Notes: generated by a model not told the origin, from the sequence alone. A stretch of 59,024 bases of DNA, filler included, from Sphacelaria rigidula (GCA_964200075.2; 8 parts of 8 records of this genome joined end to end with filler, not necessarily neighbours in it); one strand, 5' to 3'; shown: positions 25,601 through 37,999, numbered from the whole stretch's first letter. Numbers and translations are program-made.

Positions 25601-27004
25601 TTGGCACCTTGGAATGATTTGCTCTACTAGTTGAGGCGGTTCCAGGACATCTTCCTGTTTTCCGTCGGTCGCAGTTTTTATTTTGGCCAAACGAGAATCT
25701 TGGTCCAAGGACGGTCAAGTCCAGAGAAAAATGGCGATTTTTGTAAATTTTACTGTTTTTGACCATTCTTGGACAAAAGTTCTTGTTTGGCCAAAATAGA
25801 AACTGCGGCCACCACAGAACGGGAAATGTCCTGGAACCACCTCAAAAAGTAGAGAAAGTCATTCCAAGGCAAGGTGTCAAACTCCCCCTGGCTGTCTATA
25901 GGGGCGTAAAACGACGCAGAAGCTCCAAAGCGGCACTGCTCCAGATTTTTGTCTGTTATAACGAGCGGCATCAAGAGTTGTCGAAATTTTTGTTTACCCT
26001 GTATTTTAGTGTTTAGTTTGCACTGACTCAGGTAGACTTTACGTTGTTAGCTGTCGAGTTGTTAGTTACTGTTGTATTGGGTATGTTGTTCATGTTATTG
26101 ATACGGTCGTTATTGTCAGATTTATCAGTCGCTAGACGGACACACGTTGCAGTGCAAGGTCTCATTAATGCTGATGTGCGCAAGTTTTTCAACAGCGTCC
26201 TTGTCGAATCCGCTTGCTTGTTGTGTTTTTTATGTCGTTTTTTTTCCCCCTCGCGTTTGTCGTACAACCCCTGTACTGCCTGCCGTCGCGTGGACCGTGT
26301 CTTGTAATGTAGTCCACCCGGTCCTTTTAACTGCCGTCCGTGCGTCTTTGTCCTTGTCTGTCCCCTGATATCCTCGACTTCTCATGTATTGTGTGTGTGT
26401 GTGTTTTTTGTCTCTTTTTATCTGTGTCTCGACAGCACATCTTAGGTGTTCAAGTGACACACCAGGATATGGAAGCCATCGACCCGGACTACTACAAGAA
26501 TCTGCTGCAGATTACGACGCTGCCGTTGGAAGACCTAGGACTCGACTTGACCTTCTCAGCCGACACCGAGATGTTCGGTAAGGGTCGAAACATCCAATCA
26601 TCGATACATATATTTCGTGTGCTTTCCTGTCAGTCTCTGCAGGTCTGTCCTGGTCCCTCGTTGTCCCCTTCCCCGCTTTCGTGTGGCTCACATAACCTCC
26701 GCAGCCACAGGCTTCCATGAATCTGTTGGGCAGGGTAAATACCCATCCGTGCTTACTCTCCCGAATTTCGTGTTGCCGTGGTCCGATCTCTAACCCATAC
26801 CCAGATATTGGGAAAAGTTGAATACGATCGCAATACTTTACCCAGTCAATACGTGGGTATTTTTGAGTACGATCTGAGTACTCTAGTCGTGTACACTACC
26901 AGTTTTACGTGGAATATTGGGTACTCGAAAATATCGTGAAAAGTCGGGGTATCAAGTTCGTGCCCCATCCTGAGCACCTTCGACCCCTGGCAAACCCGCC
27001 CCCC

Positions 27005-27059
<55 letters not shown>

Positions 27060-29043
27060 TTTGCTCACGGGGCGTGACGTTTCGCTGTTTTGCTGTTGAA
27101 ATGGAACGCCCAGGCCGCCATGAGGTTGTGGATCTGATCCCCAACGGTCGAAATGTGATGGTGACGGACCAGAACAAGCTGGAGTACGTGCAACGTATTA
27201 CGCACCACCGCATGACCCACTCCATTCGCGCGCAAATTGAGGCTTTCCTAGAGGGTAAGTGTTGGTGCTGACATACTGCTCTCCATCATGGTTGTTGCTG
27301 TTGTTGCTGTTGGTGGTGGTGGTGCGCAACTGTTTGAGAAAAATTGCAACGACTGCTTCGCATATCCTCAGCTGTAAGCTCTGCTGTGACTGTACCCCCC
27401 GCCCCCCCATGGTCAAGGTGGAGGGAGATACGGTATCGAGATTGATGTTCGCGGATGATTTCGTTGGGATATTGGGAACACCAGAAGGATTGCAGAAGCA
27501 AGTAAAGAAGACGCTAGAATTCACTAGGAAGTGGAGAGTGACAGCGAACGTGAACACATACGCGGTACTTGTATGTACCGAAGATAAGGAAAACCCGGTA
27601 GAGTTCAAATGGAAGCTACAGACGACGAATCAGGAAGGGGATAAGATTTGTACAAGGTCTCTGTATGGTATGGAAGGAACGTAATGAGCGCTCAAATGTT
27701 GGAGCTGTATTTATCAGGAGTAGGAACGGTGCTCCGTCTCGACAGGGATGCGCGATCAATGATCAAACGACTAAGAACAGTGTTTTCGTGTAATCGAGAG
27801 TAGAGGATACGATTGACAGTCAAAAGCGTTCAATTAGTGAGTGAATCGTTTCAGTTCCGAAATGCCCCTCCAGGAGGCCCAATATGCTTTCTGTAGTAGC
27901 TTGCCACTGAGGCCTTAAATATCCCTGAGTGGGTTATCGACGTGTAGCTGTGAGCTCACGCAAGTGATGGAGGCAAAGACAAGCACACACGGAATGAAAA
28001 ATTGACTAAGTTAAAGCGAGTGATCAAAACCACTCTCAATCAGCGCGCTACTCTCAATCTCACGAAAACTTTGTTCAAGGCGAGCAACAAATGAGTACCC
28101 CCCCGCACGCTCCCTCTCTCCCGCTCTCCCTCTCTCCCCTCTGTTCAGGCTTCCATGAGCTTGTGCCACCGGAGCTGATCAGCATCTTTACTCCCAAGGA
28201 GCTGGAGCTACTCATCTCTGGCCTCCCAGACATCGACCTGGACGACCTGCAGGTGATGCCGTCCAGCCACATATGCTTGTAACACATGTAGTTCAGCGCA
28301 ACGAGTGGAATGGGTATAGTTGGTTCAACTAAATGCCGCTGCGCTCCGGTGGTATGAATTGAGATGATCCAACTCAAACCAGTGAGGGCGGAAGGATGCG
28401 CATTCGAATTATTGGCAGAGGTGTTCGGGGCTTCTTCTGAGAAAAGTATTATTTCCGTCGGTGGAAACGTAAGGACGTGGGTGGCGACGACACTCGGCTC
28501 CACGAAGGTCGACGCGGTGCGGGAGTGCTGATAGTCATTATCCAATCCGCGACCCCAAAATGTAGGGCGTGTACAGGGAGGAGAGGTGGGGTCATCCCGT
28601 GGGAGCAGAAACTCGTCACGGAACAGTGACGATGTCATGTTTTGAAATGCAATGTAAGTCACCTGTTTGCTTGATATGAGTCAAGTGACCGTTGAATTGC
28701 CCTTTTTTGAAAATGCAGTATGATAACATTCCGGCGTTGTCCGACTGACCCGCGGCTGTCTCTCCCCTCGGACACTGTGCGTGTGTGTGTCTGTGCGTTT
28801 GGGTGTTCAGAACAACACCGAGTACACGACGTATAAGTCCACGGACAAGGAAATCCAGTGGTTCTGGAACGTTCTGCGGTCGTTCAGTCGGGAAGATTTG
28901 GCGCTCTTCCTGCAGTACGTGACGGGCACATCCAAGGTGCCGCTTGGGGGCTTTGCGATGTTGCAGGGCATGCGCGGTATCCAGAAATTCAACATCCACA
29001 AGGCTTTCGGGGGCAGCCACCTGTTGCCGGCGGCCCACACATG
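22661..29043 (+). CDS. HECT-domain E3 ubiquitin ligase (HUWE1/Tom1/UPL1-like), C-terminal part
   Basis: Exons 22661-22810, 23283-23358, 23881-23999, 25199-25403, 26436-26577, 27114-27254, 28149-28252, 28811-29043 join in frame: LDFENKRAFF, EDGIDAGGLTREW, FKFVGRIVGKA, DLIPNGRNVMVT, ELELLISG, FLQYVTGTSKVPLGGF, LPAAHT(C). Confidence 0.95.
24101..24289. mobile_element. PIF/Harbinger (Tourist-like) MITE
   Basis: TIR GGGCGTGTCTTAGCA / TGCTAAGACACGACC with TAA on both sides; central perfect stem of ~40 bp. Confidence 0.85.
25505..25970. mobile_element. Foldback MITE, Harbinger-like
   Basis: Long imperfect inverted arms (GGCCGGTCTTTATAACAGAC / GTCTGTTATAACGAGCGGCA), TCA on both flanks; ends related to 38000-38509. 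Confidence 0.75.
27409..28104 (+). mobile_element. 5'-truncated, internally deleted LINE with RT fragment and 3' tail
   Basis: VSRLMFADDFVGILGTPEGLQKQV (RT F/YADD motif), then the shared tail ending ATGAGTACCCCCCC; interrupted by a MITE. Confidence 0.85.
27775..28076. mobile_element. MITE nested in the LINE tail
   Basis: GAACAGTGTTTTCGTG..GAGAGTAG / CTACTCTCAATCTCACGAAAACTTTGTTC splits the tail sequence CGACTAA^GGCAAGCAAC, which is intact at 29566-29656. Confidence 0.8.
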
Positions 29044-29464
29044 GTGCGTCCTATGTCGTGGCTGTACGTACGGGTACACCCGGCTTCCTTTAACGGGAAA
29101 TGAGACTAAAAACCATCAAATACGATGACGTGTTTTGTTTGAAACACATACATGTATGTATCAGTAAGGTGAGATATTGAGAATTTAATCAAGGCAATGT
29201 TTTCGCGTCAAATAGACATTCCTGGGAAAGTCGCGAAAGCTCAACCAACATCTGAAAAGAGCACAGTACCAGGATTAATTGTACAATCAATATCTGGCCA
29301 GTCTCCACCTACCGCTCGTCGACTTATCTGACAGCAACGGTCGGCAGCTCCGACTGTGGCACTCGCTGCGCGCAGTGATGGAACAAAATTCGAAACAAAC
29401 GCGCTAGGGGAGGTAGGGGGGGGTGTACTCATGATCATGCATGCCATAGTCATGAGACCATTGA

Positions 29465-29564
29465 NNNNNNNNNNNNNNNNNNNNNNNNNNNNNNNNNNNN
29501 NNNNNNNNTTAATTAATTAANNNNNNNNNNNNNNNNNNNNNNNNNNNNNNNNNNNNNNNNNNNN
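29465..29564. other. Artificial contig spacer
   Basis: N44-TTAATTAATTAA-N44. Confidence 0.99.
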
Positions 29565-29565
29565 A

Positions 29566-29656
29566 GAGGGGGGGGGGGCGTACTCATTTGTTGCTTGCCT
29601 TAGTCGTTTGATCATTGACCACACATCCCTTTCGAGACGGAGAACCGTCCCTACTC
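29566..29656 (-). repeat. LINE-associated 3' tail copy
   Basis: Reverse complement of the tail at 38-149 and 27722-28104. Confidence 0.75.
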
Positions 29657-30473
29657 CTCATAGAGACACCTTCAACATTTAGGTGCTCATTACGAATCTT
29701 CCATACATTACACAAAACATCTTCACATATCTTGTCCCCGTCCTGTTTCGCCGTCTGTGACTACCATCTATCTCCTAGTAAAGCCATCGTTTCCTCGCTA
29801 CTGTCTTATGCATCAAACGATTACATGCCACCTTCGTTCATAAGAGGGGAGGGGAGGGGGAGGGGGGCGCAAAGTGGAGGGCCCCTAGTGTGGATTTTCT
29901 GCATTGTCCTCTTGGCCGTTGCCTTCTCCATTTGGCTTGTAGCTCTACCTCTTCATTACGTGTTTTCATCTTTTTTCCTACCGCCTTTTTTGGGCGTGAG
30001 TGAGCTAAATGAGTGCTTGTGCCCCCATTCCCCATGCATAGTGTTGAGAGGTCGTGTCCTAGGAATGTATTTTCCCGATATCTGCGCAGCATTCTGCTCC
30101 CACGATCTTGATTCTGGCACAACCCCTCATCTGAAGCCCTCGCAAGGATCTGTCTAGGTTTATGTAGCAACTGTTATTAATTCAGTGTCTTTGTCAATCC
30201 ACTGATGCCCAGCGTACGTTCTCTTTTCTTCTACGTGTGGTTTTGTTCTTTGCTGCTACCATCCGTTTTTTCGAGTCTGCGTCAGCGGGCGTTCCCGTAT
30301 ATTCACGTTGAATGCGTCTATTTTGTACCAGGACTGGATTCGACAGGGGTCGGTGAATGATAAATGGTCAGTCAAGTCAACCAATCAATCGAATTGGAAT
30401 TCGACCACGACGAAGTGCCCATCGCACACACAAACACCACCAGTACGCGGAAGCCCTCGGCGAACAAGCACAC

Positions 30474-33400
30474 CTGGTCTTTTCTCGTGTCCAGTCGAGG
30501 ATACTCCCCAGTGATAAGCTGCGCCAGAAGTACGCCGAAGCTAAATAAGTCGATCTGTTACATGCAAACAAGAAACGCAGGTGCGTTTTGCGCAAGAAAT
30601 GGAAAAAGTTACTCGAAGCGCTCCGACCCAGGGAACGCCTATTATCATTGGAAAAAATGCAAAATAATGACACGAACGCGGGGTGTCAAGAGGTGGAAAG
30701 AAGGAAGAACGAATCCTCGGTGGTCGATCAACAGGCTAGAAGGAACACCTGCACCTACCTATCCACAACTTTGTCCTAACCTACCGCGGCCGTACTACTC
30801 CGGGGCGCGAATTCGGAACACATTTGATCTCACATCCACATCGATTGTATTCACCTCTTCCTGGTACCGGAACCCGCAGAGATTCACGGTGTCATGTAAC
30901 CCGTGTCGATTGCCAACCAATGCCTTACACTACATTCCGCAACGCACCCATTCAAGATACAGTGCCATCGCTGAATGCTATCGGTACTTACGCTGGTGCT
31001 GTAGCGTCCGGTGAGCACTTCCGGGGCCGCGTAAACCTGCCGTTCCACGTTGTTTCAGCGAAAAAGAGCGTTTCCGTTTCATCGCATGGCTTTTCTATGC
31101 GCAGAGACTGCTGGTGAGAACCAGCCGTTTGGCGCTGAGACACGTGGGTTGTTGCAATTCCTCTCATTGCTCATACTCATTCGGGATAACTAGTAATCCC
31201 GTTGGCATATCAAATTCCAGTGTACTGCCCAGAAGCATACGTACCCTGGGGTCTACCCGTGTAAGCACACCTAATTTTGCTTGTATTCATCTTCCAGTGC
31301 CGCTCGACAATGGATCAAACGCGACAATCTCGGCAGCGCAGCCCCACCAAGGCGATCACAGTCCTCGTGGAATCCGCAAAAACTCGTGTGCCCTCCATTC
31401 ATGGAGAAAATGTAAATGGTAGGGTTGGGTACTGGCGCAGCCAGCCAGTATACCGGATCCAATCAGAACATTGGTGGCGCGGCGAAGCCGCGTGGTCGCG
31501 ACGCAGCCGCTACCGCCACTACCTCCCCTCATGGCTGGTGAAGGGGCCCCGCCGGGGAGGCGCCCCGCTAGAGGTGCTTTTTGACGCGATTTGGCTTCAC
31601 TAGAGCCTAACAACTGAGTGGTTTTTTACCAACCTAAGAGGAATTATTTCGGGAGACAATGTCTAGTACAACACCAAAATTAATTGTTTTCAGCTCAAGG
31701 AAAATGGAAAAATGGAAAATAATAAATATGCCACAAATGCTGCGATTCTCGTCAACTCCAGCATCGTGGTGAGGTACACGCATGATTTGTTGCAATTGGA
31801 GTGTATGGTGTGTCTTTAGTCTAAACAAGTACAGAGGACTTCGGACTTCCGATTCAAAGATGGAGAGAGCATAAATATGGTAGTCCTTGAAGGCACAAGG
31901 CGTGAGCACCCTTCATTATTGATCATAGGACCGTCTCTCACACAAAAGTACAGCTGCTGACGCAGCAGGCCCTGCGGTACCACCACCGCCGGGGTCCACT
32001 GCCAGCGGACTGCCAGACGTAAAAAACCTTTGCATCGTTCTAATGGTCTCCTGCTGTGTGCTGCGTGTGCTTTGTGTGGTGTGTGTGGTGTGTGTTCTCT
32101 CCTTTGAGGCGGCGAGGCGGCGTAATTTGGATGTGTTTCCACTGGGTTTCGAGGCGTTTTGTGGGACGTACGTAAGTTGTGTATGTACTGGCGGTACTGG
32201 CTGCCTGTCTGCAAGTTCGTAAGAACTGGCAGTACGTACTGGTTCAGTACAAAACCCTTGTGAATGGTAACTACGCGAAACGTACAAGCTCAAACCGCTA
32301 TGCCACGGGGTACGGAGTCTGTAGAGCTACTGAGTCATGCTACGATAGGGTGTGGGTATTTTGGGTTGTTTTTTCCCACGAAATTCTACTTGCAATCGTC
32401 GTTGAGGGCAGCAACGGTTGTTCGAACGCGTTTTCTTCCGATGTATAACTCTCGTCCATACTGATTGACACCGCTGTTACCCAAATACAAGCGCACCGCG
32501 AGCGTGTTAGATCGTCTGGAGCATCTAAGAGCCCCTTTTTTCGCGGAATCAAACACGACCCCCCCCTTATCGTAGTATGACTCTACTGTCCCGAGATTAA
32601 TGACCCTCTCCCCGTCCGCCACGTAGAAGAGCAAGGGTGTCTCGTCCCGCGAATGCTGCGCCAAAATCCCAAAAACACGTGAGAGCAAACTTGGGTATCG
32701 AGGGGTCTGGAATGGCGCGCCAATGCTGGACCTTCGAGTCAGATTGTTTGGCACGATTTACATTTTTTGGCTATCGTCGTGTTTTACTCGCTTGCTTGTA
32801 TTTTGATAGTCAATTGCAGATTCACGAACCATAGCCCCGGGCATGGCAGTCTGGCGGCTTCCAGCGGCGGCCACAGCGCTCCCCATTGCCTTAGCCTGCC
32901 CTAGATCAGCCAGCTTCGCCGTTCGGCCGTCGTACAGGACGTTTCTCGAGGACAGATCGCGATGGACAATTGCTGGGCTGCGAATATGTTGTGTGTTTCC
33001 AGAGATTCGTAACGAACGCAGGAGTGCTAATGAGTGATTTTGCCCACAGCACTGGTATGATAGTTTTCAAACAATCGACACATGTTTGCCGACCAAGGGG
33101 GCCTCGCATTGTTCGTCGCGATGGCTGTTCTTCCCACGACACTCTCGCATCACTGTCGTGGTACTATCAATTTGTTCATGGGAGTGTATGCGACAATCAA
33201 CCAATCAATTAAAGTATCATAACAGCGCCGTGGGTCCTGCAACGAACTTCTGTGGAGGGCATCATGGTACGTGAATACTACATAATGGGAGGTCGACGAG
33301 ATATATTCCGTGACACGGGGCGTACGAAGCCTTATGTGCGCTCTTCTATGAAATGTCACTATCGCTATTGCCCGCCGATGAGATGCAGAACGATATCCGT

Positions 33401-34361
33401 CCATGGATCATTTTTGTGTGCCTGTCCGGTGCCTGAGTGTGTGTGGCTGCATGCCAGGGCCAACATCTAACCACCAGCGAGCTTTATGACAAACTCAAGC
33501 CCGAAGTCAAACCCTAGAGCTAACTCTAACCTTGGAGACATACTCATGGGCCTCAAGTGTGCGCTATAATAGTAGGGTGTACATATTGACTGTGTGTAGA
33601 CATCATGATAGTGCTATGGACGTGACATATTTCCCCCACGGCAGCCTTTTACTGTGGCAGTACCATGAGGAAAATAGCTCATGAAAGTGGCACTAACAGC
33701 ACCGTGAAAGATCCGCGAAACGATCTCGGAACTATCAATGGCATAAACATTCATGCGTGATACTTCCATGGCTGTCGTGGTACCTTATTGGAGGCACCGT
33801 AGCACTACCCCGGGTACTCCCATGGTACTGCTGTAGTGTACTCATGAAGGAACGATGAAAAAGTTCGGCTACCGTAGCACTACTACCATGGTAGGCGCTG
33901 TTGCGACTGATCATGTGATACCCGGATAAAAGCGTAGCACTCTGAGCACAGTTGAGTTTCTAGGTGTTGTCTCCGAGTATGATGACGAGCTTCAGGATTA
34001 GCCCAGACCGGCATTCAGTAAAGCCCACTTTTCTATGACTGCACTTCATCGGGGAGAGGGTGCACTCAAACCTCAGACAGGAGATAGAGTTCCGTCCATA
34101 TTTTGTTCGTAGCAGCTCGTCTTGTACATGCCGAGCACGTTTGCATATTCAAAATCGAATACGATACCGTCAATGGCTCCTGTGAAACGCCCGGCATAGC
34201 TCTAAAACCCGCAACGTGAGAGGGTTGTGTCCCCACCATACCTATGTCCGTGTAGGTATGCTAAACCGCGGCTGATGTCGCCGGCGAGGTCCACCACCTC
34301 TGCTTGCTCCAACCGTACGCCTCGCGTTTCGAGCAAGTCGTACACGCTGGACGACATCAAC
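30474..34361 (-). CDS. Protein kinase (TKL-like), subdomains V-IX, partial
   Basis: GT-AG exons 34361-34242, 32977-32830, 31036-30992, 30554-30474 splice in phase to LMSSSVYDLLETRGVRLEQAEVVDLAGDISRGLAYLHGHSPAIVHRDLSSRNVLYDGRTAKLADLGQAKAMGSAVAAAGSRQTAMPGAMVYAAPEVLTGRYSTSIDLFSFGVLLAQLITGEYPRLDTRKDQ. Confidence 0.92.
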
Positions 34362-34744
34362 CTGGACACGTGAGCAGGTTATCAGAGGACATACCCCCAA
34401 TTTCGCAAATATGACAACGAAGCTTTGTGTTTATACACAAGATTTAAGCACGCCGATGGCTGGCGTGGCTTTGCAGCGTTTCGTGGCAGACCCGGCCATC
34501 GTCTCTGATTTGGTATATCGAAATGGCGTACGGAACCGAAGAATGGGTATGGTGACCCAAAAAATACACTCCTGCTGGAGAGCGTGCGTCAAGGGGTGAC
34601 AGGAATATTTTGCGCTATTGACGCAAGCATAGCAATGGGGTCCCAGGTGGGGTTACTAGGATGATAGCTCTGATAGCGGTGGTCTGCTAGGAGTCCGGGC
34701 TACTGGTATTGGAGAACAGGCCAAACTATTTGTCCGTGGTCTGT

Positions 34745-35350
34745 ACCTAGCTCCCCAGAGACCGCACCGCACAGACAGACGGCGGGCCAACGCTACAAGT
34801 AGACGACCGAGTTTGTCTACAGTCGTGGTGTTATCAGCGGAGACGCGACTATTTCCCTCGAAAATAAGCACAGCATCAGTGCTGCATGGACACGCCTCCG
34901 GAAGTGTAGCTCCCGACTCTACGGCCGATCCAATGCTCCGTTATCGCCCGAAATCCGGCTGCCCATAGTAGAGGTGGTCGAAGCCGTGCTCTGAGGGGAT
35001 GCTTCATGCGTGCACGCTGCACCCAGAGGATTTGGAGGGTCTGCGCACTGCCCGATATAAGCTCTTACGGCGAACGGTTGAGTTTCCCACGAAGAATCAC
35101 AGAGATCGAAAGACTTTTCGGTGGGGAGCTGTGCTCGTGATGACCAAATAGGAAGGTATGGAGACGACCATCTGCAGGCGTCAAATATTTCGCGGGACCC
35201 TTGTCCGGCAGTCCGAAACAACTCTCGGTAATAGTGTCGTGTTCGGATGGCTCGCCGTTCGAGAGCCCGGTGAGGCTGGCCGACAGTCAAAATTTTGGGG
35301 GAACCACGACTCGGAGAACCTGCGAGCCCTGGGTCCGACGTATTGGAAAA
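34745..35350 (+). mobile_element. Degenerate LINE ORF2 fragment (RTE-like), approximate bounds
   Basis: FVYSRGVISGDATISLENKHSISAAWTRLRKCSSRLYGRSNAPLSPEIRLPIVEVVEAVL* resembles the F.YLG...RI..AW...K.R...LYG region after LINE RT; stops and frameshifts present. Confidence 0.65.
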
Positions 35351-35387
35351 CAAAAACAAAAAACAGTTCACCTACGGTGCTGAGGTC

Positions 35388-35525
35388 CACACCCTGGACA
35401 ATAGATGATATCTTCAAAAGTTGTACTGCGTACAGCATCAATTATTGCGTCTATTGCAATAGACAATAGATTCCATACTGTACACAGTAAACGTTTTGAC
35501 AACGAAATCTATTGTCCAGGGTGTG
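35388..35525. mobile_element. hAT-type MITE
   Basis: TIR CACACCCTGGACAATAGAT / ATCTATTGTCCAGGGTGTG with perfect 8-bp TSD CTGAGGTC. Confidence 0.92.
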
Positions 35526-36854
35526 CTGAGGTCATGGGCTTTGAAAGTTCGGTCAACGGCGCTAAAAAAGTGAGAAAATGGCGCCTGGGGATCGCGACCG
35601 AGGTGGAAGAGTGTTCGCGGAGACTCGGCGACGGGAAGATCTCCGCCAGTCCGACCTTTGCCACGAGCACGATGGCGTTGAGTCGAGATCCGCCGGCCGA
35701 GAACAGCAGGAGTAGCAACCTGCGAAGAATCCAAGACGGTACTGGTCGAGAACGTGACTCGCTTGGTACCTGACTAAGGGTGACGGGTGGGGTTGCTGGG
35801 GGGGGCAACATGGAAACTGATATCCCTGTCTCATCCAATCTGCTGTGGACGACGTTCTTTGGCTTGCACACCTAGCAATGTTCCCTGGTACCGTTCCCTG
35901 TTTCCTGTTCATGTCCTGCTTTGTACCTAGATTGCTTCTCGTTCTTCCATGTTCTCGTCTTTTTTCTCCTTTTAATCCCCCGTTTCTTTCTTTTCTTTCC
36001 CTTTTTTTCCTCTCTGTGAGTGGTATCAGTGCTTGTGCTTTGCCCCTTCAGAGTTGACGGGTGAGATTTTTTGCCTAAAGGTGGGGTGTCGAGATAGCTG
36101 GGTCGCAACCTGGCTCCACAGCCTCAAAACTCTTACAAGCTTCTTCACAGAGCTCTGACAGCGACCTTCGAGGGTTTTTTTCGGCACCGATTCTGGTTTT
36201 TACTCTGGTGCTTCTTTTGTTTTGTTGTATATTTCCTCTCTTTATCGTTTCCTTTCATTTTTCTAGTTTGGCCTACTCGTTTCTCCTCCTCTATGTATTC
36301 TGTCTCATATTTTCCCAGGTTTCTTCAGCGAGCGTTTCCGCCCATTTGTCCCTGGCATGTCGTAGCGGATCGCGACAAACTAATCGATTCCTCTACCGAT
36401 CGACCATTGAACACACAACGACAGGGACACGAGTTCTACAAGATGCGTCCGAAATCCATGCTCCAACACGTGTGATTTCGCTGTACGTGCAGTTCATTCT
36501 GGCTATAACAACATTTGCGATAGCCATCTCGGCGTCTCTCTCGTACAAGCTGCCAACAAGGGCGAAGTGCATGATGGCAGGTACAGTTGGTGCGCCGGGG
36601 GAACAAGGGGGCGGGGGGGGGGGAACCCCTCCTGTGGCAATACGCGCATTTTGTCGCCTTCGCCGTCCTTGCCGTTAGCCTGTCGAAATGAAGTCCGGCC
36701 CGCTTCACCTCTACACTTTTCCAGAAATCCAAGCACAGCATGGAGGATACCTTATTTGTTTCTCGTAATACCACCCCCCCCCCCCCCCCCTCCCCTCACC
36801 CCCACCCACCACCAACTCCCACCGCCGCCACCACCCCCCCCCCCACCCCCCCCC

Positions 36855-36954
36855 NNNNNNNNNNNNNNNNNNNNNNNNNNNNNNNNNNNNNNNNNNNNTT
36901 AATTAATTAANNNNNNNNNNNNNNNNNNNNNNNNNNNNNNNNNNNNNNNNNNNN
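36855..36954. other. Artificial contig spacer
   Basis: N44-TTAATTAATTAA-N44. Confidence 0.99.
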
Positions 36955-36996
<42 letters not shown>

Positions 36997-37025
36997 GCAC
37001 GCACGCACGCACGCACGCACACACA
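36955..37025. repeat. (AC)n(ACGC)n compound microsatellite
   Basis: Directly visible at the contig start. Confidence 0.95.
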
Positions 37026-37569
37026 GTATGGGGGGTGGTGTGGGGGAGGGCTATCGCGCCATCACTCATCTATTTGGCTGCGGATTTGTTAAACAGCAAC
37101 CGCACTCTCTCAGACGTGAAACGATCATCAGACACACGGAAGCAGTTTACACATTATACATTTTCGCTATGTTCACATTCTGGGGTGGAAAAAAAAGAGA
37201 CAGGTAGGAACCAGTAACATGCCCTTCGCTATTTCTAGTTTTGTACGGTGCTTTCGAGTGCGGTCCACCTCACCGCCACCTCGAATTCAGCCGTCAGACC
37301 ATTTTCAAAAGTAATGAAGGCGGCGGGCGGGGCATATATATACGGGTAGGCACCAAGCTAGGGATGCCCCCCAACCCAGTACGGGTAGTCTTGGACTTGA
37401 ATGATGAATCATCTTCGCCGAGAAAACCCCGTTGCAATATCCCCCAGCTCGACTCTACACACGAGTCACCCTACTCATCCGAGCGTTGGTCCTCAGAAAC
37501 ATCAATCTTCAGTCTTCAGTCTGGGTATTACACGAGCTGGGCCATGCTAAAGGCAGGTTTGTAGTTTGC

Positions 37570-37837
37570 ACGCCCATTCGTCGCCCAATATGTGGAGTTG
37601 GGCCCCGAAATTTGGTATGGACAATGAATAGGGCACAATGAAAAATTACGCATGTATTCATGTTTTTCATGAGTTAAGGGCATTTTACTGATACCTGAAA
37701 ATCGATTATTGCTCGTAACTCATGAGAAAAATGTATGTATATTTGGCTACATGCGTAATTTTGTTCATCGTGGCCTATTCATTGTTCATGACAAATTTCA
37801 GGGTCCAACTCTGAATATTGGCCGGCGAATGGGCCGT
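37570..37837. mobile_element. Foldback MITE-like element
   Basis: CCCATTCGTCGCCCAATAT...AATTACGCATGTA mirrored by TACATGCGTAATT...ATATTGGCCGGCGAATGGG. Confidence 0.7.
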
Positions 37838-37999
37838 TTAGTATCGGGGTCGGTAGAAATTCGGAACAGTATTTTGCAGGCCACTTACCGGCCCGCGTTT
37901 GGTGTTTGCGTATTGGAATTTGGGGTGGGACCTCGCTAGGGCATGATGAACCAATAAAAGTGGGTCAGGTTGGTATTTATGTTTTCTTTCACTGGTTTA

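Noticed and set aside
32386..32754. AP2-like resemblance in a minus-strand ORF
   Set aside because: Weak match, wrong spacing, and inside a kinase intron.
34140..34215. GAIDG motif suggesting a Harbinger transposase on the minus strand
   Set aside because: Isolated 5-mer beside a stop inside a kinase intron; no other transposase motifs.
35010..35075. YIGQCADPPNPL as an upstream kinase exon
   Set aside because: It is the antisense of a LINE fragment and has no compatible splice sites.
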